From Spironucleus salmonicida (Eukaryota): a DNA stretch of 64,000 nt. The notes beneath the pieces were generated by a model. The model was not told where the DNA came from. It saw only the letters and a list, made by a program, of their open reading frames with translations, and ran no database searches. The stretch covers positions 1,178,001-1,242,000 of the forward strand of contig NC_090601.1 of assembly GCF_000497125.1 (NCBI RefSeq), read 5' to 3'. The position numbers were made by a program, and so were the translations under genes. Below, piece by piece: positions 51,273 through 62,967 of the stretch. Numbering within the stretch: position 1 is the stretch's first letter; each line of letters begins with the position of its first letter.

Positions 51273-53699
51273 TCACTCAAGACCCTAAAACTCCAATTTT
51301 ACATCCTCTTCATCTTCTTCTTTTACCTCTCCGTAACTTAACTAAAGTTGATTTTATTCAGTACTATCTTCAAATTACTACTTCTAGAAGTCCTTTACAT
51401 TTAACATTTCTACTTATAGTTCATCACTTTTACCAACATCAGATACCTCACGAAGCTGGATTTCATCATCTAATTTCATTGTATTAAGAATTTCATCATC
51501 TTAAACACAATCCAAAAATTATTTTTAGTTTTCTAAATCGGATATTTTTTATTAAATTTTCATTGATAAATCTTATGAATTAATGAGATCTTGTTCTTTT
51601 TATGAAACTTCGTAATTTGGAATTGGAATTTCCAGTTTGAAAACTCGTCCAAAGCGATCTTTTTATTAGAACTACTCGTTCCTAGCATCAATTTTAAACT
51701 AAATATCATTCCAAGTTTTACCTTTCTCCGTACGCATTTCTGTTAAAAAATTACTTTAAGGCACAGCTGGTACTTTTATTTACTATTATGCTTTTGCATT
51801 GTCAGATAAAGTTTACATTAATTCATTATCATGTGCTTGATTTTAGAAATTTATCTCTTTTTCACACTAATCTATTTATTATTTAAGATCTTCTTTTATA
51901 GATTCTACATCAAGACTAGATAATTTTGTGAATATAGCTAATTATGGAAACTTTTATACAGCAAATTAAGCAGTTTCTAATTGCAAACGTTAATTTTTAA
52001 TCCAGCGAACATTTTCTGGTGTAATTGGACGAGGTTTAATGAGAGAAAGCTTATATAACCTATCTGCCTCAATTTATTCATGAGTTTAAAGTTTGTCAAA
52101 AGGCTTTGATAAAGGATTCAAGGCTTACCACTTTTATACAAGATTATTTTTAGTATTCTAAGATGTAATTAACGCCGAAAAAGATATTTCATCAGGTATA
52201 ACTTCAGCTATGGGCTAGAGTATCGTTTCTGGTTATTCTATTTGTCCTAGTTCATCACATAGATCAAAAAATTCAGATGGTAGTGGTGCATTTCCAGGAA
52301 TCAGCATTTATTTCTAAATTAAATGTAATTTTTTTAAATATTCTATCTAGTCTTACACTGGTGCATCTTAATCAAATTCTAAAATCGGAGGTGGTCTAAA
52401 CCCATTTTTCTCAATATCTTAGATTTCATTATTAGTATCCAAATCTTTGTTAGTAAGCTTTTCGATTGGTAACTCGATTATCTATTCCGGTTCTACTGAT
52501 CTATTTGTTTTTACTGAAGCAGCTCTAGCGTTTTCAATTACTTTATTTTACAATTTTATTTTAAATTGATCTAAAACATTAAACCCAGTTGATTTAGCCC
52601 GTTCTACCTATGGTTTTTCACACTCTTTACCATCTACACCAATTTAGTTCAGTCCTTTATAAATAGGTTCTCTATACATATTTTTTAGTTACGAAATCCT
52701 AAATTATTTCCAATTTTCTGGGCCATCTTCATTTCTTTTCATACCACAACTCTTAGATCTTTCATATTCACGACCAATACCTGTAAATTCTGGAATTACG
52801 TCTATTTTTGCTTCACTTTCTAACTTAACACTCTATAATTTAGATTTAAACATACGTTATCTGAAACCCCTTTGGCCTTCTTTTATTAATTTTTATTTTT
52901 CCATTATAGCATTCATATTTACATTTTAATTCCACTCTTAACCTTTATATTTTCGTAAAACTGTCCAAGTCTTATCGAGTTCACATATAGCTTTATCATT
53001 TCCATTTACTAGGTATGGATCCTAACCAGCTTATACTAAAACTTAATCTAATTTTGTATCTTTCATTATTTCGTATTTACTTACTTACACAATTTCTCGC
53101 CAAAATTACTTATGTTACCTTGCCTCATACCTTTCTTTGAGTGATTACTGTTTCATATTTTAAGGAATAATCTACATATCAGTAACCGCATTGTTTATAT
53201 TTTACATTTTGAAATTTTAGAATAATATTGAACTAGGAACAGCCTGACTTCTCAATTTAGGATTTTAGTATAAATCGGCTCTACCAAGTATCTATGATTC
53301 TGTATTCAAAGAAGTTTCAGCTTATGCTATTTGAGTAATTAACTAACTAGAATTAATTGCATCTAAGTCGATTTATGCTCCTTTTGCTTCCGAATAGTCG
53401 CGACATGGTACACGAAATCCTGCAACTTTTCCGCGAAATTTTGCTTTTTATTGATTATTAATTCCTGGCGAATTAAGGTATGCCTTGTTTAGCAAATGTG
53501 TTGTAGAAAGTAATGGAACTGCTGGTTAATTACCAACTGATTTTGACCTTTTTACGAAATTTGGAGAAATATCGAAATTTCTACGTACTTTAAGTGCTAA
53601 ATCTGAATATTTTGCAGCTGCCATAAGTTCATTCGCAATACGAGTTTGATGAGTAAGATAACCATCTGCCTTTTGCATCTATGTAGGTATAGATTACAT
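51273..53699 (-). CDS. Hypothetical charged protein, 808 aa
   Basis: Start and stop in frame, acidic C-terminus, ends GAG TGA. Confidence 0.78.
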
Positions 53700-53795
53700 A
53701 ATATGGAAAAATAAAATAATAATAACATTATATTATATTAGTATATTAACTTTTTAATAAATTTGTTGAAATAACATGTTAACATTATACATCAT

Positions 53796-55692
53796 TCAGA
53801 ATATGAATCGATTACATTTTGCAATTTCACTTTCAACTTCAAACTAAACTGTATTGATTTACTATATCATCGCTTATATGTCGAGTAATATTTTAAATCG
53901 AATATTCCGATAACGAGTGTTAGACCTATAATGATCTTCAAACCAAAATGGAATAAAATTATTTGTAAATGCAATGTCACTACTAATATTTTCTATAATA
54001 AATGGCCATTTCTACTGTTGCAAATTGATATTTATTACACTTTCGTGTATTTCTAATTTCTACATATTAGCAGGTAGAAATCCTTTAAATAATGATATTT
54101 ATGATGCAGTAATAGTCAGATCAGTCAAACTATTGAACTAAGTCAAATTTAATTGACTAATTACATTATCACCAATATTTAAATATTTAACACAATATGG
54201 TATGTAATCATTTACTAGTTATATTTATTATTTTTATATTAAAATAAAAGTTTTAAGTTGGGAACAATTTCTGAGGTCTAAATTTTATACATTACAATGA
54301 ATTAATTACAGGGAAAACACAAAAGTTGGAATAAAAGAATTGGAAAACCTTAAATTATCAGAATTTCTACATTTTAACACTTATAAAGACTCTGCTATAG
54401 TAAGATCGAGATGTTTAATATTTGAATTAGAGAAATCAGCCTATATTAACGTATCTGGCAAAAGGGCACTTGTTAATAATATATTTGTGCCTGGTACATT
54501 AAGACTAGTTAGTTTAGTGTTTGTAGGGTTAAAATAAATTGGCTCTTATTTGTATTATTAACAGTTTGTTAAATATAACTTTTCTAACAATAAAGAATTA
54601 GCAATATTTACACCAGTAATATTACTATTTTATGCCGAAAAATAAAGCAAATTTGGTGGTAAGCCATCAATTTTAATTTCAGATGATTGATCTAAATGAA
54701 TTTCTTCTAATTTAATACAATTTTTAACACATAGTTTCAAATTTTAAATTTTATTAGCTTATAAAATTCGTAGCTGAGATGGTATAATACCATTTTATAT
54801 TTTTAATTCTTCACAACAATCAATATTAATAATTTATAGCACCTTACAATATTAAAGATTAATATTAATGTACTTACAAGTTCTAAGGAATAATTTTTCC
54901 AAATAATTTGGTATAAAATCGTTCTTAAAAACCATACCACTGCAATCATCATAATGAATATCTTTAAGGTTTACTGAAATACTCAAATCTAATGTAACTA
55001 TACTTGACTATTATGCAGTTACTGTTAAAATAGATGGTAATTATTAAGTAAAATCGATTAAACGCGATTACTGTAAATGTATTTATTTCAGCAACACGAA
55101 CTATGAAGAAATATTAATATTATCTGAATTAATAATTGAGAATGCTATAATATTAGATGGGCAGTTACACTATATATTATCACATCGTTCAAGGATAAGA
55201 GTTTATAAATTCTTATTTAAATTAATTGCTGATCGTTCACTGTGGATTAACACTAGTTATTATAACTAATCTGGTGTCTTTATTGCCAAGTCTTTGCTGA
55301 ATAGTTAGCTTTACTAAATTTACCAACGTTATATATCTTTAAAATACACTAAATGATAATATGTCGAATACTGTCAGTTCCTTCAAGCTTATTGGAAACG
55401 TACTTACTAATGAAAGACTGACATTATGACATAATTTTAAATATTCTAATTAAGATCCTTCAAAATTTATTAGTTCAATAGTACATCTCGTTATACTTAA
55501 GTCTTTTAAATTTTCTGTAACTGTAAATTCTTACAATATACATTAAGATAATTAAACTTTTTAAAGATTTTAATAAAAATCAGATTTAAAACATATTATA
55601 TTACAGTTAATTAAATCAATATTACTTCCTTAAAATTTATATTACGCTTAGTTAAAGTCTTCGCTAGTCAAGCTTAGTAAATCATCTTCCAT
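53796..55692 (-). CDS. Leucine-rich-repeat protein split by a +1 frame change near 55295 (pseudogene, sequence error or recoding)
   Basis: LxxLxL-type repeats on both sides; the ATG frame ends at TGA 55237-55239 while the adjacent frame is open from 55373 to 53796. Confidence 0.65.
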
Positions 55693-55755
55693 ATAATATT
55701 ATATAAATTATACTATAATATATATTGTCATTTTTATTTTTCCTTCCTAGATTAA

Positions 55756-57318
55756 ATGTCTAGCAAATAAAATTGGTCTAAATCATACAAAAAACCTTAA
55801 TAAGAAGACAAATATATCTAAAGGCTTCCATTTTTCTTCCGTCATTTGCCTGAATCTGAAATATAAAATTTAAAGTTACCACCACATGCTCCATACTCAG
55901 TGTCATCTTTTGATGACGCGTTTTAAAATGCATATTTTCTTTCAAAGGTGCTAAAAACTACCAAACTAGTAGTAGATCTTACTGCATGTTCAGGAGTTGA
56001 CTCCATTTGTATGGCAATGGTTTTCTAAAATCTTATTAGTTATGAAATAGATACTCCTGCTTTTGAGTCACTCTAAAATCATTTTTAGATTGCGAAAATG
56101 CAAGGTTACAATATTGGTAAGTATGAACTCAAAAACGAATCTGGTGCAGCTGAAATAAGTATTTCTCGTTAGAACACATTGTATTTTTTGGACCCTCCTT
56201 GGGGTGGTCCTGACTATAGAAACAAGTAAAATATTAGGTTAGATTATGGTGAGTATATAGTTGATGAACTAGCGAAAAAACTTAGTACAGATAAAACTAA
56301 TTCTGTATTTTTAAAGTTACCTAAAAACTACGATATGTCTTAGTTTGACTTACAAAATAGCATTATTTTTAAAGAACGGAATCAGATATTTGTGTTAATA
56401 TCTGATTAAGCTAATATTGCGGTTGCTAAGCAAATTAAGGAATCTGTTTATGATAACTCTGGGAGAAAAAAAATATAATCGTTAACCAGCTTAATTTAAT
56501 AAAATATTGGGGATCGTAAAGGTTTAACTGAAGCATTTAAGGATAATATGTTAGCACAGTAAGCTTAGCTAATGAATTAAAAATTAAATAAATATCGTAA
56601 ATTTAACGATTTTGGTTTTTTCCATTCTAAGTAGGTTAGTTTCGGGGTTATAACTGGTTTTGTAATTCCAGAAGCATAAAAAGGAGAAACTGATGGTCCT
56701 TCTGGAGCTATTAGACTTGCTATCATGCTTGCATTGAACTATAATGTAAAAATAACCATTTTTACTGAAAATATTCTTATTACACCCATATAAGAAATGC
56801 TTAAATACGTATATGGAATATTTCCATTCCTACCTTAATTTGAACTTATTTCTCCATCTAATCCTGAGATTAATTCTATATTTAAGCGATAAAATGTACT
56901 TTTTTATGTAGAAAAAGTAGGTCCTACTGTGTCTGGAAAACCACTATCAATGCGTGGAATTGATTGTTCTGAATTTGTTTCTGAATTATTTTCATCTATT
57001 GATGTACTCAGTTTTGGAATCGGTGATGGTGGAAATGAAATTGGTTGTGGTTGTGTAAATCCCGATATAAATTGTGTAATAAAGACAGATTTTGTTGTTT
57101 TATCTGATATAAGCAATTATGGTGCCGGATGGCTTTCAAGAATTATAAATTAACGCTGTTTTGCTAGATTTTTGATGTTAAACTTAGATGAACGTGAACT
57201 AGTATAAAGTGGAGTTAAACATGGGCTTATAGATGGTGTGACTTGTAAAAATGAAATTAGCGTTGATGGTGTTGACTTTGACATGTATTAATAAACGATG
57301 AAATAATTATATGAGTGA
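55756..57318 (+). CDS. Fusion: RNA cap guanine-N2 methyltransferase (Tgs1/Tgs2 family) + DUF4392/D-glutamate-cyclase-like C-terminal domain, 520 aa
   Basis: YSVS, VVDLTACSGVDSI, DPPWGGPDY (56191), LKLPKNYD; then VITGF..GETDGPSGA (56686), VEKVG..SMRG, GIGDGGNEIGCG (57016), SNYGA, GLIDGVT..SVDG; linker in frame with no TGA. Confidence 0.88.
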
Positions 57319-57342
57319 AATATATACTTAATAATATATAAA

Positions 57343-58473
57343 ATGAAAGAGAATGAGATTATTTTATATAAAAATTGTGAGATAACAATATCTGAAAATA
57401 ACGCAGTTAAACTTTAAATTAAATAATAAAATAATATATATATTGATGAGTTATTAGATTTACCCAAACTATAAGGAATAAGTGTTTAACTAAAAAATAT
57501 TTCGTAATAGTGCTAGTCAACTTTAGATTTACAGAAGTCGCTTCAGTAAAACAAGCTGCGTATTATTATCGTTAATAGTAGTTTTATATGTAACTAACTT
57601 TATGGATTTATGTTTCTTTATTTTTTAGAAATTAATGATTGTTTAGATAGAGATCATTCATTCTTAGATCTTCCTATCTCTTTAGTTTAATTAAAGATTG
57701 GTACACCTACTATTAAATAATTAAATACGTATTAACTTATCAACCTTGAAAAGCTACATATTAATACATTTGAGATTTCTATTTTGAATAATAATAAATT
57801 AATAAAGAATTAATAGGTTATTTCTTTTGAGTCTAGTTCAATAAAATAACTTGTTTTGAGCCTTTCCTCAGAAAATAAGATAGCTTATAAATTTATTTTC
57901 CCGTAATAATTATAAGAAATTACTTTTAACACTCATTCAAAAATATTGTTTCCTTTTATTCCAGCCGCAATAGAAATTGCAATATTTTAAAATGCAAACA
58001 TATCGACTATATAATTTAAGTAAAATAATAAGTTAAGACTATTATAATGCTAAAGCTGTACAATAAGTTGTTTAAATCTTTCTAATAAACAAAATTAAAC
58101 ATAATTTAACTTTGATTAAACATTTGTTTAAAAAGTTATATCAAAGTAATAAATAATTGATATTAGTCAATTTTAGGTTTAGAAACTGCTTATTTTAAAC
58201 TAATATTAATGCTAGCTTATAATTAAAAAATATAAATAGTTATAAAATTTAAGTATTTAAAATTACTATTTACCTTCTAATTTTTAAATTAAAATATGTC
58301 CTTCATTAAACCTATATACACTAAATAATATTTAAAATAGGAAATTATCAATATTGTGCCCACATATGTTCTAATTTAATAGATTAATTCAGTTAAATTA
58401 GTAGATTTATTAGATTTATGTATTAATCAAATAATATTAGTAAATTTTAAAAGATTTAACATATTTTTATTGA
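57343..58473 (+). CDS. Divergent LRR-like hypothetical protein, 376 aa
   Basis: LPKLQGISV, LPISLVQLKI, LINLEKLHI, FPQQLQEITF repeats. Confidence 0.62.
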
Positions 58474-58478
58474 AAATA

Positions 58479-59423
58479 TCATTCATTTGTAGATAAAAGC
58501 ATTGACATAACATTCATGAATTAATATCTAACTACAAGTTATTATAAACTTATTTTTTATCCACCAAAATTAATATTCTTTTCGCCTCCACAAAATTAGT
58601 CAATTATATGATAATATTCATGTTCAAATATATGGAAATATTCAAATGCCATTAATAACAAAGAATCTCGATGAATCTACATTTCAAAATCAAAATCTAT
58701 ATACACTTTAAGTTTATTCAACAGAAAATTAGCCAAATTACTATATACTTTTATGTCTTTATTAAATAGTATTTCGAATTTATCATAATATATTTCACCA
58801 CCTTTCTTTTAAACTAATTCTTCAAATTACTTAAGATCATAAAAATCAAAAATTTTACATTTTATTGACTATCTGTTAAAAAATAACGGTGATATTTGAG
58901 TGTAGTTCTAAATAGGTTTTTAAGATATTTTTTCTACCTAGTTTTAGGAATTTTGTATTCTACTACGACTTTAACTAACCAATTATTGCGATATTTCTAC
59001 TTATTTAGCTTATTCAAGTTACGAGCCGACTTTTTCTAAATCACTAATATTATTATCAATAAGTGTGTCATCTTTTTCTATAAATATGATATCTTTTTTT
59101 TCAGCAATAGGACTAAATTAGGTTACATTTTAAAATTTATTATGTTCATGATTTAGATGCGTCATTTTTTAAATAATTACTTGTTTTTGTTCTCTTTTGG
59201 TATGTTAAATCATTCTAATTTCATTCTTACATAATCTATTAATATTTTTAAGTAGTATTGGATTCTTCATTACATTGATCTTGTCAAATTTTGCAGCTTT
59301 AAGTGGTTTTCCATCTAGCATCCTCAAATCCGATAAATGAATAGATTTTTAATTTTTACATTCTGCAAACGATCCTGATGACCAGTATGAACGATAAGAC
59401 AATACTGACTGATATTCGTCCAT
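58479..59423 (-). CDS. Hypothetical protein, 314 aa
   Basis: MDEYQSVLSYRSYWSSGSF... to GAA TGA, convergent with the previous gene. Confidence 0.7.
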
Positions 59424-59589
59424 TATTTAAAATTTGAAATCATATATTAAATAATTTATAATAGTTATATATAATAAAGTAAGGTTGTAATCAATATTAT
59501 ATTATAATATCAAGACTTTACAACAATTGTAAATACTATATCATTTATTATATAAAGTTTAATCTAAGATTATCAAAAATTTACAAAAT

Positions 59590-60906
59590 ATGGAAACTAT
59601 CAATTAGGAAAAACCTCCCAACCCATATATTTCTAAACGATACTAAATACCAGATGAACCTATTTTAGTACAATAAATATTAGAAACACCTGCAAATAAC
59701 CTTGCAAACACATAATACCATAAAATTCTTAATAAGGAATCACCATCACGCAGCAAAACCATTATCACGTTATCATCTCCACGACTCATAAAAATATTTA
59801 ATAAATAAATACTTCTAACTTTTGATATTCCAATTCCAACTATTATCCTCGCCTTGATAACAGTTTTACTATTAATACTATAAATAGTTCTAGTTATGCT
59901 AGCAGAACGACACCGTCCTTCATTTTCTCTATTTTAAGTTAAAAATATGATCGTTAAAAACTAATTTATAGTATCCAAAACGATATAAAAATCAGATATT
60001 TTAGTAATCCCCCCAATGACTTCAATAGGTTCACGTGCAGTACCTTCTATTGTTGCCAAGAATATTTCATCAAATAACATTCAAGTATAAGTATTAAATA
60101 GAAACTAAGCACTCACCAATGTGCTGGCAACTACTGCCTCAATTATTTACAGCAATCGATTAAATGTTGATAATCTAATTGCGAAAACTGCTTTTTTGAA
60201 AGGCCAAAATACGAATATTAACTCAATTCATTTTTCTAATTCTCATTTGATGGATTTCAAAAATGATTTTAATTTTACTGGTAATGAGAATCTCAAAGAG
60301 TTAGTTTGTGATAATTTAGTAGTCTAAAATTGCTAAATTAATGCACTTAAAGGAAATGGTAAAATAAATTCATTAAGAATTCCTGAAATTCAAGTATAAT
60401 CATTAAATGCAGAGAATTTGACTGTCTCGAAGTTCGCTCTTGAGTCACTGAACTTGGCGTCTATTATTGTAACTTAATCCGCAGAATTCAACACCATTGA
60501 TATTAGTACTTTAAAAAATCTAACAGTTGACTTATTGACTGTTAATGGAAATATGGAATTAGGTTAAAATGTATATAATAACAATAAGTTTGAAATATCT
60601 GGTTAACATATCGATTTTACAGGTAACATTAATGTAAGTTCTATTGTAACAGATGACCTGAATGTCAATGCTGTAACAACTTCAAAATTTAATGTTAATT
60701 AGTCGGTGGTGGAAACATTGTTTGCAGATGTAAAGGTTGTAGCAGATTCACTTAATGCAGCAAACTGTGATATATAGACTATGAAAATCGAAAATTAGGA
60801 TTTAAGTAATATTAACTTTATATAGGTTAAAAACTTAAACTTAGTAAACACAACAGCAGTATAAGCTGGTGATACAATAAGTTATAAGACATTAAATTTA
60901 AGGTGA
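59590..60906 (+). CDS. Single-pass membrane protein with a long Asn/Val/Ile/Thr-rich beta-repeat C-terminal region, 438 aa
   Basis: TM IILALITVLLLILQIVLVML, then short-period repeats such as LNVDNLIA, LVCDNLVV, LTVDLLTVNG. Confidence 0.78.
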
Positions 60907-61326
60907 CTTTGTATTCATTTCTGCACGTATTATTGTTAAATTTGTATAAAAATTCTATTCAAAATGAAAGCTTAAAATTTCACATCCTTAATCTTTATAT
61001 GACTAAACCAAATTCACGAGTGAAATATCAGTATCCACTCATTTTTTTAATTTAGTCTATTCCCTAATCCAATTTATTCCTTTTTGATATTCATTAAGTT
61101 TGAAGTTATTGTATCACAAATTTATAAAAACTTTCTTTTCAACCCCTTCTGTACTAATATTTTATAAAATATTCATCTATTTTAACTAATGAAGAAATGA
61201 AGGTTAACACTATATTTATCTTTTTCAATAATTTTGAACACACGCTTATTGGTGCATCCATATTATCATAATACCATAAACAACTCTAAAGTGCAACAAT
61301 AAAAATTACAAATATCTCTCCCTTCT

Positions 61327-61743
61327 TCAACCATCCAGTACGTCAGCCACATCTTCGTCTCCGGAAACTATAGTAGTTCCCTAGTAATTCACGTCCCGTG
61401 ACCGCTCAGCCAGCCTCCAGATTTGCCCCCAGTAGCGCGAGAATACCCTAACCGGTACATCTCGCCTCATCGCATTCTGGGCAATTTTAAAGGCCTCAGT
61501 TTTGTCAAAAACAGATAAGATTGCCTTTGCACATCTTCCCCGCTCTGCGGCAGTGAGGCCTGGCACGCACTTTTGCTGCAGATTCAGGTAGGTCTGCACC
61601 GTGCGCCGGTCGAACACGGCCTTGATTTCCGGCTCCAGGTCGTGAGACCGCACCAGCTTCATCAGCAAGCGCGGCGTTATGAGCTCGAATTTGATGTTGA
61701 GCCTCCTAGACACGTAGAATCTGAGGCGCTCAATCGACGGCAT
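61327..61743 (-). CDS. Hypothetical protein, 138 aa
   Basis: 120-aa ORF extended through TAG=Gln to TGA 61327. Confidence 0.72.
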
Positions 61744-61770
61744 TTGGACGGTTCGTAGGCTAAAAAACAG

Positions 61771-62910
61771 TCACTTCGCGTTCGTATCCTCCGTCCCCAT
61801 CCAGAAGCGCTCGAGCTCCCACGCGTCGCTGGACTCGCTCATGTACCGCTCTGCTAAGTCATCGTCGACCTCCCAGACCTGGTCCTTGAACAGCAGTTTC
61901 ACGGTCCTGGGGCCCACAATCTTCTCCTTGGCCTGGAAATCGAATGCTAGGCGATCCTCATGTACCTCGTGCGTTTGCGACCCGAAATGGTCGCCGAATG
62001 CTTGTGCGAGCTAGAAGTCGCTGAAGCTGTTGTAGAAGCGCATTTTCTGATTGAAATTTAGCTTCATTCCGAGCGTTCGCACCGCTCAGCAGCTCAGTTC
62101 CTCGTCGATTAGCATGTTCTGCTGAGCGACCTTGCTCACCTGGCATACCTGCTGGTAACTTACGTCATACTCGCTGCACTTGTCGCGAACGAAGCCCGAG
62201 ATACGCTCCCCACGCGATTTCGCGGCTGCCAGTAGTGCAGCCAGTCCCTATTCGAACGCTGTAACACCGATAAGCTTCTCGTCCTTAACCAGCGAGTGTA
62301 GCGTCCTGCTAGCACGGCCCAGCAGGTATACCAGCCGTGAATGGTCGTTCGGGCCGTCCAGAGGCGTCTCGGGGCGTGAGTTTCCCAGCATTGATTCGTC
62401 TAGCTGATTAGCTAGTACCTCTATTACGTTCAGCGGCCCCGGCCGGCACACCTGAAAATCTAGGGTTTCTAGGACCAAAGTTTCCGTGTTTAGGAGCTAT
62501 TTTGCGGTGATATTGAAGGATTTCAAGATTGATCGCGCGATTCCTGTAGAGGCCTCTGTTTTCGCTGCAATATCGTAGACTATGGCGGCTGCGAATGTAT
62601 AATTGTCAGATTTTGGAACTTCGAATGCTGGATGCTTGTAGATTGAAGTTAACTTCGAGAGTAATGAGTCAAATAGTGAGATTGCACGTAAATCCACTGA
62701 GGGGGAGAAGTTTTTTTAGATAGTCACCTGGTGAAACCAGTCGATTAATTGGACACGTAACTACGGCTTAAAATGATCAGTTTATGTTGTTTTAAAATAG
62801 TTTGGATGCGCTGTCTAAATCTATGCCTATTTAAGTATATAAATAGCCTGTTCTTTTTCGTAAGGGTTAAATACAGACGACGAAAACCCCAACTCATATT
62901 ATTCCTGCAT
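61771..62910 (-). CDS. Cyclin, 379 aa
   Basis: Cyclin box LRVQLIDWFHQV..RAISLFDSLL..IAAKTE..ETLVLETLDFQV; ends AAG TGA. Confidence 0.85.
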
Positions 62911-62967
62911 TCGAAAGGAAGTAAAATATTAGAAATTATATGGTACAAATATATAAAATTATCGATT

